NCBI RefSeq assembly: GCF_006345805.1
Contig: NC_043005.1
Span: 105,400,001 to 105,464,000 of the forward strand
Length of the DNA: 64,000 nt
Direction: 5' to 3'
Source of the DNA: Octopus sinensis
Taxonomy: Eukaryota
Position 1 is the stretch's first letter; each line of letters starts with the position of its first letter. Made by a program: the position numbers and the translations under genes. Under the pieces are notes generated by a model. The model ran no database searches and was not told the origin of the DNA. It worked only from the letters and a program-made list of their open reading frames with translations. Shown in pieces: positions 52,353-64,000 of the stretch.

Positions 52353-53764
52353 ACACACACACACACACACACATACACATTCACACTCGTGTGTGTGTGT
52401 GCTCTAGTCTCGAGAAAGGACAGACACATACGAACAATTAAGGTTCCGAACAACTCTTGGACAATCTTTGCTGTTAAGGGCTTGTGCTCACCACGTAAAC
52501 CAAGTTCCGCCTGTCTTTTCCGATCTCTGGTTTTCTGCGATATAGTAAGATTAGGCTCATTCTGCCATGACAATCTCGTTCCCCTTCTCCACCTCACCAA
52601 TCATTCTGCAAATTTACTGAGGAAGCATTTCGCTCTCCATATTTACCTTTTTCTTTAAAACAGCGCTTGGAAAAGTTGACGTGGGCTCTTTCAGTGTAAA
52701 ACCCCTATCGTTATTCACGACCATCACAATACCCTTTTCCCTCACTGGAAGAGGAAAATTGCCTCACCTGCCTAGTCGAAAGAAGTTCACGGGTGATCTT
52801 CGTGATGGCCTCCATTGAAGGCTCGATCCCACAAGTGACAGAAGCTGTTCGGCATATTTAATATACAACGTTTGGAGAACACTGAACATGGATTTTGAAA
52901 ACAATTTTGTCATTTCCGACGCATTTTGGATAGGCTTAACAATTACACTGCCATGCCTGTAGAGTTAACCACGGACCAGCAATGCCTCTTCGTATCTGTA
53001 TCAGGGTAAGGGTTCCCAGACACTGATGTTTCTAAGGATCTAGAAGCATCACTGTTTGGGAATCCTAATAGATGGCGATAATGGACAGATATGGTGGTTT
53101 TACACCTTTTACCGTAAGAGGAAATTTTCTCCACGGTAACTGCAGTGATTTTGACTTTCAGCAATTGAAATATGTCTTAAACATATTTTAACTAACCCAA
53201 ATTTTCACGCACGCACACACACGCACACGCATACACACAGTTACACCACCACACACTTATACCCCCCTCCACACACACTGAAAAAGAATGGAGAATTATA
53301 CATCTTCAAACCTTGTTTATTACAGTATTCTTCACAGTTTGCATGAAATTCACGTTAGGTTTAATTCCCGACACGTGTTTCTGCTATACATAAATGGCGG
53401 AGTCCAAACTGTTCCAGTATCTGGTTTCCTAATCCCTCCCCGTCTTCCGTTTGTTTCGAAGGCTCTGAAAGCCATCGTGGGCCCTGTCTCCCCTTTTGAC
53501 TTACATATAAAAAAATTCGAGCGGACATTCCCTTACATTCTACTACATCCATCCCACAGTCGTCCCCGCTGCTCCCACCACCGCTTCCACTTCCCTTCTC
53601 CCAAACCACAGCCTTTCGTAGTCGACGACCTCCACCACTTCTAACACCGATCACCAAAACCACCACCAACAACAACAACCTCAATCAATATAGGCTTTCG
53701 AACATGACAACCACCGACAGCCACAACCAACAATAATAACAAACACCACCACAACCACTACTAT

Positions 53765-53967
53765 GACTACCACCACCACCACCACCACCACCACCACCAC
53801 CACCACCACCACACCACCACAACCACAGCTACCACCATCGCCGCCACCAACACCACCAGCAACACCACGGTGCAAACTACCGCACTCGCTAATACTACTG
53901 TTTCCACCACCAAAAACACCACCACTGCTACCATCACTACAATCGCAAAACACCAGCCCCACCACCG

Positions 53968-54020
<53 letters not shown>

Positions 54021-54506
54021 ACCACCGCCACCACCATCACCACCACCACCACCACCACCACCACCGCCGCCGCCGCCGCCACCATCACCACCACCACCAC
54101 CACCACCACCGTCACCACCACCGCCACCACCATCACCACCACCACCACCACCGCCGCCGCCGCCGCCGCCGCCACCATCACCACCACCACCACCACCACC
54201 ACCATCACCACCACCACCACCACCACCACCGTCACCACCACCGTCACCACCACCGCCACCACCACCACCACACCACCACCATCACCACCACCACCACCAC
54301 CGCCACCACCACCGCCACCACCATCACCACCACCACCACCACCATCACACCACCACCACCACCACCACCACCGTCACCACCACCGCCACCACCATCACCA
54401 CCACCACCACCATCACCACCACCACCACCACCACCACCGTCACCACCACCGCCACCACCATCACCACCACCACCACCATCACCACCACCGCCACCACCAT
54501 CACCAC
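53765..54506. repeat. (ACC/GCC/ATC)n triplet array with higher-order duplication
   Basis: Direct inspection; repeating blocks containing gtcaccaccaccgccaccaccatc. Confidence 0.95.
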
Positions 54507-55249
54507 TTAAGTTGGTAACAGAGCTAAAATTGTGATATAATTGTTAAGTAAGATGCTAAAAGCTGACAGCTGCTAATTACAATGGATATCGCTCGTGTTT
54601 AGGGTATCACCTTACCCGGGTGCATGTGTGTATTCGTGTGTATATGTATGTGTGTGTGTGTGCGTGTATGTGTATGTACGTACGCGCGAGTATGCACACA
54701 CACACACAAGCAGACAGAGACACGGAGGCTGGCTCTGGTCCTAAAAGGCAGGTTTACCGCTGTTGTTGATAGTGATGATAATGGCAGTAATTTTAGAGGA
54801 GGTGCTAAGTTTTCGGTAGTTGCGTATGGAGTACAGGGTACCGGGGTGGCTGTGGCTATGTAGTATGTTATATTTTTGGGTGGTGCTAGTTTTGGCAAGC
54901 ATTAGGGGTAGCGCTGTAGAGTGTGTAAAACATTCAATTCAACAACCTCTGTGATTGCACGTGCGTGTGTATGTGTGTGTGTTGTGTATGTGTATATACA
55001 TACATACACATATATATATATATGTGTGTGTGTGTTTGTGTGTGTGCTTGTGTGTGTGTGTATGCGTACATGCATATATATATATGCATTCAAGCATATT
55101 TATATATATATATATATATAAACACGCATATATGTATGTATATGTATATGTATATGTATGTATATGTATATATTTGTGAGAATGTATATCTAGCTAAAAC
55201 ATGGGTGACCTCTTCAGAGGAACTTCTAACCACATAAAGTACTCAAAAC

Positions 55250-56030
55250 ATTAAAACTGAATCTAAGCATATTTTAGTAAGGCAAGACTAATACCTCAGA
55301 TTTCAGAGAGCAAAATATCAGAAAAATAGCAAAAGATATGCCTTATTAGACATTGCGAAACTGCAAATATTTCACTAAAATGCGGATATTATCGATATGT
55401 AGTTGGGTATTGTTGTAAAATCAAACATTTCCAGCGTTTTATGCGTTTTTCTCAAAATGACATTTCTGACTAAGAGCAGTAATTTGCAGGTCACGATGCC
55501 TTCGAGAATAATTGATGTAATAGGGTGAAAGTTTGCATGTGTATTACTTTGATACTTGTCTAGATGCTGTTTTAGTGTGATTAGATATACTTCATTTGTT
55601 CATCTTCTAGAGACACTTGAATGTTACTACCCAGGGTCAAAAGTGCTTGAAATGCTGCATATGGCTATGGGCGATCCCACAACGAAATCTAGGCTAACTT
55701 CATCAATGTCTTTGATTCGGCATCTAGTCTGTATCCCAGCCTGTTGGCATTCCAAGTTAGAACATATTAACTTCGATAGTCTGGTAGAAAGATTGACCTA
55801 AAATAAGGGTATGTTTGCCTTGTCGGTCATTTCGAATTTTCAATTAGGTCATGAATAGATAATATGGAAATTTGAATATTATTCTTATATATAGAACTAA
55901 TATTGTTCTTGATGTTTGCCATATTTGGTTTGCCAGGGTTTTATTCCCGCTGAGTGAGAGCATCTTCAATTGAGAAGTGTCTTCCTACGTCTGAAGTATT
56001 AGTCTTGCCTTAAAAGAACGAGTTGAACAA
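55250..56030. mobile_element. Possible pair of oppositely oriented Penelope-like relics
   Basis: AAGGCAAGACTAATACYTCAGA occurs at about 55279 (+) and 55991-56012 (-); it resembles the ILV-ARL linker of PLE ORFs. Weak. Confidence 0.3.
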
Positions 56031-57022
56031 AAAGCCGTCTTCTTTCGTTTACGAACAGATTAGGAATTAACATGTATCTATTCCTTATGTACTTATTCCA
56101 TAAAGTGTATTCGTACTGATAATGATGGTCACGATGAGGGAATTTATGAAAAAAAAAAAGGAATTATAAATAAAATGAATCGATAAACAGGTAGAACTGT
56201 AGATGGGTGGAACAATAGAGATATAAAGAATTAAGCACTTATTACTTAGACCAAGTATCCATCATCTCATTCCATTATTTATGATGCTGAGGTCATCTCA
56301 TTCACGCTGAGTCAAACTGGGGAAAACCGTCATATTGATATAATGTTTTTGAAAAATCTAGAAAATGCGATATGAGTCTTTAAACCAAGTGAAATCAACG
56401 CTGATGCCCAGATTTTATAACCATATCGAGAAGTATATTCCAACAGAGCAGCATAGCACGGAGGTCTCCTTGTGAAAAGTTTTGTGGATATCACGTGAAA
56501 TTATATAACCTTTGCCTAAGTTCTCAAGAACTAGAGTGAACGAGTTCTATAAAAGAAAAAAAAATGGTAGACAGAAGTCGGTCTGCAGAAACCGTAGAAG
56601 TGGTCGCAGAGATGAGAGAGATTCCTTTCCTTTAGGTTTGGACCCACAGCAAGCGTTCTGCTAGTCACAGTAAAGTAAGAGCACAAAAGAAGAATTCTCC
56701 AGTGGATCATGTTCTGTAGAAACTGTGCCGTTGATGACTGAGAACTGAGATATTAAAGGGAAAGAGACACCAGATTGTATACAACCGTTTCCATCATCTT
56801 TGATACGCTGAATGCGATTGTGACCGATCGATAGCTGACGATGCTTGTTGAAAATGAGATACATGAGCATGTTTCAATGTATTTGGTTAAATCTTTGTAA
56901 AAGAGAGAATGAGAGAGAGAGAGGTGGGTGGGATGGGTGGGGGCGGTAATTTGACAAGTTTGATGACATTAAGAGTATCTGGCGAGAATAGGGTCGGCTA
57001 GCTGGAGAATGCAATGTTTTAA

Positions 57023-57220
57023 TACTTGAGCATTTAAACTGGCCATATCCGGCCAAAATATTCTGCCTGTTTTATGTTCAAACTGGTCAGATCTGACTTC
57101 TTGCACCAACACGACAATATCATTCTAAAGAAATTAACAGTTAGCGCATCAAAATATCATAGCTACAAGATGTGGTTTAAAAAGTATTGCTTTTGACAGA
57201 ATAATGTGAATGCTAAACGG
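57023..57220. mobile_element. Possible piggyBac-type MITE, decayed
   Basis: TTAA at the left end and AGCATT / AATGCT near both termini; right TSD not preserved. Confidence 0.35.
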
Positions 57221-58928
57221 TCGGACTGGACGCCGTGTTGGGTCGGGTTGAAGCAACCAGAGTTTTCACACTTGGCAACTGTGTATAACTGGTGGCGAGG
57301 TGAAGTGGAGAAATAGCGTTGAGCAAACCGGGAAGCCTGTTTTTCCATGCAACACTACGTAGTGAAACAAGTTTGTTTAGAAAGAGGAAAGAATGCTTTC
57401 AGAACCTGCAAAGTACGAAGATATTTACTGTTCTGTTGGCCGTCTGGCAGATGCTAACTGGGGATTAAACATCTGCTTAGTGATTATTGAGACTTTGTGT
57501 TTATGTTGTAGATAACATTTTTAGCAAGTATTTCTGCTATATCAGAAATACTTGCGAATAAATCATTTGGGAATTATGGGATTTGTTTATGTAAGGAATA
57601 TAAAGGGACACGCATAAGAAGTTTCTGCCCTCTGTTTAGTTGTCTTAGGTGGGACAGAAACGAACTGCCTTGGGTTCAGGAATAGTTGACATAAATCTGG
57701 TGGAGTTCCAGTCTGTTAGCTGGTTTGAAATAGCAGAAGGTTCGGTTGTGGGAAGTGTTGTGCAGTTGGAATATGTGAGACGGATTGTCTCGATTAAGCC
57801 TCACTCACACGATTGAATGAAAATGAAGTTTAGGGCTGATTTTGGAGCCAAGAAAGAATTTGAAAATAATTTATAAGATTAATGTGTTGATCAGGATACG
57901 GAAGGCGACGATATTAACTTATGCAGACATTTCAGAATGGTAAGTTATTAGGATTCATTGCCCGAGGCGTTGATGTGGGAAGAATTCGATAACTAATGGA
58001 AATGTATTTATTGAAGGCATTGAGGACAATGATATGAGGGAGGAGGAGTTAAAATGAGATATGTGAAACATACAGACAAAAAACAAGTTGAATAACTACG
58101 AAGCATCAGTATGAGCATTGGAACTGTTAGAAATATCTGCCAAATATTCCTTAAATCCCCTACGGTTGTCGTGGAAAATACTGTAACATTGTAAAATAAT
58201 GTATTCTTAAAATAATGAAGCTTTTTAAAATATTGTGGCCTTACAAGAGTAAGAACAACTAGGTAGTAGAACTACCTTTATAGATTTGATCCATCAAAGT
58301 TGTTGGGAAATTTCAGATAAACTTAGATGAGCGAGTAAAAGATACTTTGATTCTGAGAAACTAGAAGTCTGTTGATAATATTCAGGAGGGAAAGATGGAT
58401 ACAGGCATCAGCATTTAGGAGGCAGATGGAATATAAGGTGTAACCTTGACAGCAGAGATAGATTTAAGGCGATGAGGTTTAAGATGAGATTGTCTGTGAG
58501 CGAAATGAGACGAGGGGTTTGCATGTTTGGAATTTAGTTTGAGTAGTGTCTAAGCTAGATCGACGTCCGCTAATGAAATACAGAGGAGGGTCATTTTCTC
58601 AGCGGATTGACTGTGTTGCTTTGGTCACTTCAGATTTCATAGTTTTGAGCCATTTTGATAGAAGAAATGTATCTTTTACACTGCTTCGATCCCTGACCTA
58701 ATTGAAAGTCTGCCATCGCTGATGAGCTTTTCAAAATCCTTCTCGCACTAAGAAACCAGTCATAAACTGGAGAAATATCTCAAAATCTTCACACACTCAC
58801 GCTTATGTATACAAACACCCACAAAGACACACACATACAAACAGAGGAACCGAGAGAAATGGGAAGATGAAGAGAGATAGAGAGAGCCAGAGAGAGGGAG
58901 AGAGCGAGAGAGCGATAGAGAGGGAGAG

Positions 58929-58990
<62 letters not shown>

Positions 58991-59096
58991 AAGTTCGTGT
59001 GTGAAAAGCATATTCTTCGAATTTCAGGGAATACGATGTCTATTTTTATGGATTTAGTAACTTGATATTACCTGTCTATAGAAGTGTGTATTGAGA

Positions 59097-59142
<46 letters not shown>

Positions 59143-59544
59143 TATGTGTCTGTCTGTCTTTCTTTCTTTCTCTTTCTTTGGTTATGTGTGTGTGTATGTG
59201 CTTGTATGTATATGTCTAACTCTGTATTTTTGCATCTCTCTATACACACATACACACACACACACACACATATGTACATACTCTCACACGCACACACAGA
59301 AAAATACACATACACAATACCTACTCGTACTCCAAAATCTGATATTCGATCCTCTGGGTATCCAGGAGTAATTCAACTGGTATTAATTACTATTTTCATT
59401 CTTCTTTCGTTTTTATTTTTAACTTTATTAATCTGGAACACATAAATAAACAAATACATCGGTACACGTGACATTTATGGGCGCTTTTTACATTAAATAT
59501 TACTTCAAAAACCATGTTACACTGCCTGAACATTCTGCACATAA

Positions 59545-60167
59545 GTATGTATGTATGTATGTATGTATGTATGTATGTATGTATGTATGTATGTATGTAT
59601 GTATGTATGTATGTATGATGTATTTATGTATGTATGTATGTATGTATGTATGTATGTATGTATGTGTGTTTTTATGAATGTATGTATGTATGTATGTATG
59701 TATGTATGTATGTATGTATGTATGTATGTATGTATGTATGTATGCATGTATGTATGTATGTACGTACGTACGTATGTATGTATGTGTGTATGTATGTATG
59801 TATGTATGTATTTATGTATGTATTTATGTATGTACGTATGTATGTATGTATGTATGTATGTATGTATGTATGTATGTACGTACGTATGTATGTATGTTTG
59901 TATGTATGTATGTATGTATGTATATATGTATGTGTGTATGCATGTATGTATGTATGTATGTATGTATGTATGTGTGTATGTATGTATGTATGTATGTATG
60001 TATGTATGTATTTATGTATGTATGTTTGTATGTATGTATGTATGTATGTATGTATTTATGTATGTATGTTTGTATGTATGTATGTATGTATGTGTGTATG
60101 CATGTATGTATGTATGTATGTATGTATGTATGTATGTATGTATGTATGTATGTATGTATGTATGTAT
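59545..60167. repeat. (TATG)n microsatellite
   Basis: Direct inspection. Confidence 0.97.
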
Positions 60168-61640
60168 GTTAGTTAGTTAGTTAGTTAGTTAATTTGGCTC
60201 AAAAGCAAATAGCAAGGCCATGTAGGGGGACATGGAGTTAAGTACAGGGTGGTGTTCATGTAAAGAGTTCAGGCCACTTGAGGTCAAGGGAGGCTTTGAA
60301 CAAAGCGGTCGTCGGCATCTTCACCATCTCGTCTGGCAGCTTGTTCCACGGATCCGCAACCCGGACGGAGAAAGCTCCTCTCCTTCGATTGAGATGAAAT
60401 CGTCGCAGGTAGAGCTTTTCGAATGACCCCGCAGCCGACGCTCTGGAGCAGGAGTGAAAACAGCTCTTTCGAGAGGTTACACTTTCCGCTTATGATGTTG
60501 TGGGCGAGAATGAGATCACCACGGCGGCGGCGTTTTTCAAGAATAAAGGTCGAGCGTCCTCAGCCTTTCTTCATAGGACAAATTTTGAGACCATGAACCA
60601 TGCGGGTAGCCAGCTTCTGGACTCTTTCGAGATGCTGTATGTCTTTGAGGAGATAAGGAGAAGAGGCTTGAATACCATACTCCAATATGGTCTCACCAGC
60701 GTGACATAGAGTGGTAGGAATATGGCTGCTGTGAGCATTCCGAATGACCGTCGAATCAAGAACAGAATTCCGCGTGTTTTGTTGGCAGCATGGACGCACT
60801 GGGCCGAAGGCGAAAAGGAGAATCCACCCAGATACCTAGGTCCTTTACCTGATCGGTCCTCTCCAGCAGCAGACGACCCGGCTCGAAATCAAGTTGAGTT
60901 GCAGGAGTAGAGCCGACAGGCAGATGACAGCACTTTGACACGTTCAGACACAGGTCCCAATTGTTAGACCACTTCCAATTTGGGGAGGCATCGACGAAGA
61001 TCCTCTATATTACCGCGAGGAGCGACCAGTTTGATATCGTCGGCAAATAGAAGGGTGTGTTGCGTGAGGTCGTCGGGCAAGTCATTTATGAAGACTAAGA
61101 ACAACAAGGGCCAAGCACTGAACCTTGAGGCACGCCACTGCTCGCACTGGAGACGTTCGGACGCGAACCACCATTAACTTGGACTTGGAAGGAGCGATCT
61201 GAGAGGAGGCACCAACCCATCGTACAATATCCGGATGGAAACTATATGCTTGAAGCTTGACAAGCAATAGGCGGTGGTTTACCGAGTCAAAAGCTTTGGC
61301 AAAGTCCAGTAAAACGATGTCAACAGCATCACTATCATCGAGGATGCGCGTCACCAATTCTTCCATTACTAGTAGGTTGGTCAAGCATGATCTCTTCGGC
61401 ACGAAGCCGTGTTGGGTATCAGAGATAGAGGCTGTGTTTAGGAGGTGGAGCATCATACTTTTTCTTAAGGATGGTTTTCGAACATCTTGCTGATAATTGA
61501 TGTAAGGGAAACCGGTCGGTAGTTAAGCGGGTCTTCGCGGCTCCCTTTCTTGAAAATTGGGCAGATTATCGCTGTTCTCCAGTCTGCAGGTATAACACCC
61601 GTCGCCAATGACATATTGAATAGTCGTGTTAAGGGCTCGC
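60168..61640 (-). mobile_element. 5'-truncated CR1-type LINE with (TAAC)n tail
   Basis: WRTAIICPIFKKG, NYRPVSLTS, QHGFVPKRSCLTNL, LDFAKAFDSVNH, GVPQGSVLGP, LFADD and LERVQKLATR; a few frameshifts; stop at 60256-60258. Confidence 0.93.
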
Positions 61641-61970
61641 ATGTATGTATGTATGTATGTATGTATGTATGTATGTATGTATGTATGTATGTATGTATGT
61701 ATGTATGTATGTTAGTATGTATGTACGTACGTATGTATGTAAGGTATGTATGTATGTGTGTGAATGTATGTATGTATGTATGTATGTATGTGTGTACGTA
61801 TGTATGTATGTATGTATGTATGTATGTATGTATGTATGTATGTGTGAATGTATGTATGTATGTATGTATATATGTTAGTATGTATGTACGTACGTATGTA
61901 TGTAAGGTATGTATGTGTATGTGTGTGTGTGTGTATGTATGTACGTATGTTTGTATGTATATATGTATGT
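61641..61970. repeat. (TATG)n microsatellite with internal block duplication
   Basis: The block gttagtatgtatgtacgtacgtatgtatgtaaggtatg occurs at about 61710 and 61874. Confidence 0.95.
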
Positions 61971-62487
61971 GATTACCTGAATTTTAAATTTTTGACTGGA
62001 AATGATATTAGACCGAGAAATCTTAGGTCAAGATTGAGTTGCTATTTCCCTCTGTCCTATACACTTTTCACTCTGCTGACCGTCGCTCATCGATACCACA
62101 ATTACTGGTATCAACGCGTTGAAGTGGAGTCGGAACGAGTATCACGTGGCAGACAGGTGCGCCCGCGCGCGTGTCAGTCTCTTTACCGTTTGGAGTTCTT
62201 GCGATAATGCATTGTCTGGATTCTAACAAAAGAAATAATTCTTCTCTGTCATTGGAATTTAGGCCCCAACTATATACAGTTGCATCTTACATTTCAGTAA
62301 CACCTTATATATTTCCACTGTATTGCTTAAATGTTAAATTTGCTGACAACGACTTAGATCATTTCTTTGCTTACCTGAAAATATAAGCTTTTGTGGACAT
62401 TTACTCAGGTGCATGAAAGATTTTGGCTATAAATGTAAATAAATAATTTGAGCAGAAAAGCTTCAAGTTTGGAAGTAATTGATTGTA

Positions 62488-63693
62488 CAAAGTATATTTC
62501 AGAAAATTTGAGACTTTTTTCATGGGAGACATTTATTAATTTCGAAGAAGTACAAAACTCCTTCAGAATAGGATACTCTGGTTTCAATGCACCTGTGGTA
62601 GCACTCCAGCCACTTCGTTGAAGGCTCCATGGAAGTCGTCCAAAGTGAAAGTGCCCAAGATGTTTGTCACTGCTTACTTCAAAACGACTTTGCCCTGAGG
62701 TCCTCTTTCAGTCTGGGGAACATGCAAAAGACTGTAGGGAGCGTGAGGGACAGTTTTGATCCCATCTTCGTTAAGTAGTTGGTTACCAGAATGGAACTGG
62801 GGACTGGTACATTGCTTTGGGGCACGTTCCGCTGATCCGAGTGGAAATCCCACAAAATCTCCACAAAGTACCATTTGTAGATCTTTTGACCAGAGAGAGT
62901 TCAGTGGATGTAGATGATGCCCTTGCTGTTGAAAAGGGGGATCCTCCTGAGCTTCCTGGTGAACCTGTTTGGGTCTGGGGGAGCTAGGATGCTTCCATTA
63001 GACACTCTGTGACTCTTGGCGTTTGAATCGTACCAGTAGATCCAGCTTTCCTCACAGGGTACCAGAGACTCAGGTACTCTTGGATTGGAGGTAATGAACT
63101 CAACCATCTTCTTGCTGTCACCAACGCGTCTTTAATTCCGTTCGTCACTCTGCACTCTGGGAATAAATTTTGCACAAATTTTGCGCATGCTCAGATCTTC
63201 ATGAATAATTCTGTACAATTTCCACGCCTAATCCAAACCGTATTCATATTGTCTTTATAAACGCCCGACGTTCTTCATCCAGAAAATTGCGATTATGTTC
63301 TGATGTCCCTCTACTTCCTACACCTCTCTCGTCTCTTACCTCTTCTCTACAATCTTTGAACTTCTTGTGCCAGTGACAAGATGATGCCCAGCTCCTACAA
63401 GTTAGTCCATTAGCATTCTGGAGCATTTCATAAGTTTCTGTAGCCTTTTAAACCCAGTTTAACACAAAAATTTATTGCATAGCGAGCTTCCAAATTGTCT
63501 TCACGTCCCGACTGCATTCGGAAAATTAGTCAGCTGTGACAAGCAGTGTTTAGCAGGGTGTGTTCAAAATGCTGTTACAGACGTCCTCTTTAATCTGCAA
63601 AAAGTGTCGTTTGGTCAGTATTTTAGTTGTATAGTAATGATATTTCAAATTTGCAATAATTTAGGATAATAATAACTTCTGGAATGAACCTCT
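62488..63693 (-). mobile_element. Mariner (DD34D-type) transposon relic
   Basis: ARYAI-FCVKLG, ATETYEMLQ, KICAKF-PRV, ESWIYWYD, KTVPHAPYS and MFPRLKE; many indels; termini approximate because the TIRs are decayed. Confidence 0.85.
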
Positions 63694-64000
63694 CAAATTT
63701 TCTCTCGCTTCCTCCCTAATTTTGAATGAATCGTTCAAATTCATTGGAATTGACAACAAGAAGAGTAAAAAAAAGTTTTGTTTTCGGTCAGATGAAAAAA
63801 AGGGGAAAAAAACGTTATCCCTGTATTTCTTGTAAAAGAATCGATGGGTGTACCCAGCACCAAATGTATTTTATATTTTCCCAAAGAAGTTCTTCTTTCA
63901 GAAAGCACTGTATATATTAATTTAGAACATATGTTTTGCTTAGCTGATAAAGCATAACGATTTAATAGGAAAATTCCCCTCTCCTTCTTTTCACTTCTGT

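Noticed and set aside
53681-54535. Poly-Thr/Ala/Pro/His ORFs (mucin- or His-rich-like)
   Set aside because: Triplet array open in several frames, with 2-nt phase slips and no splice context.
57400-58740. Possible old LINE on the minus strand
   Set aside because: Only a doubtful PQGS-like fragment; too decayed to call.
59551-60180. MYVC-repeat ORFs
   Set aside because: (TATG)n translations.

Overview
This is repeat-saturated, AT-rich animal genomic DNA. The mix of tRNA-SINEs, RTE LINEs with (GAT)n tails and very dense microsatellites points to a coleoid cephalopod such as Octopus (inference, no database check). A 100-N gap lies at 20485-20584. I recognise no intact protein-coding gene, and nearly all ORFs in the track are microsatellite translations. 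Supported content: relics of RTE, CR1-type and Penelope-like retroelements, two tRNA-SINE families, two maT/DD37D-like and one mariner transposase relic, hAT and Tc1/mariner MITEs with TIRs and TSDs, and a non-autonomous Helitron. Best leads: (1) an HDV-like ribozyme fold heading an internally deleted (bipartite) RTE element at 39.8-40.3 kb; (2) a near-complete minimal hammerhead ribozyme at 50.7 kb plus four decayed relatives; (3) a CpG-depleted domain at about 1-17 kb holding splice-compatible candidate exons, one ending in a CaaX motif (CSVM-stop); (4) an array of double-hairpin units in the RTE 3' UTR; (5) a SINE dimer inserted as one unit inside a 16-bp TSD. All coordinates, folds and counts were done by eye.
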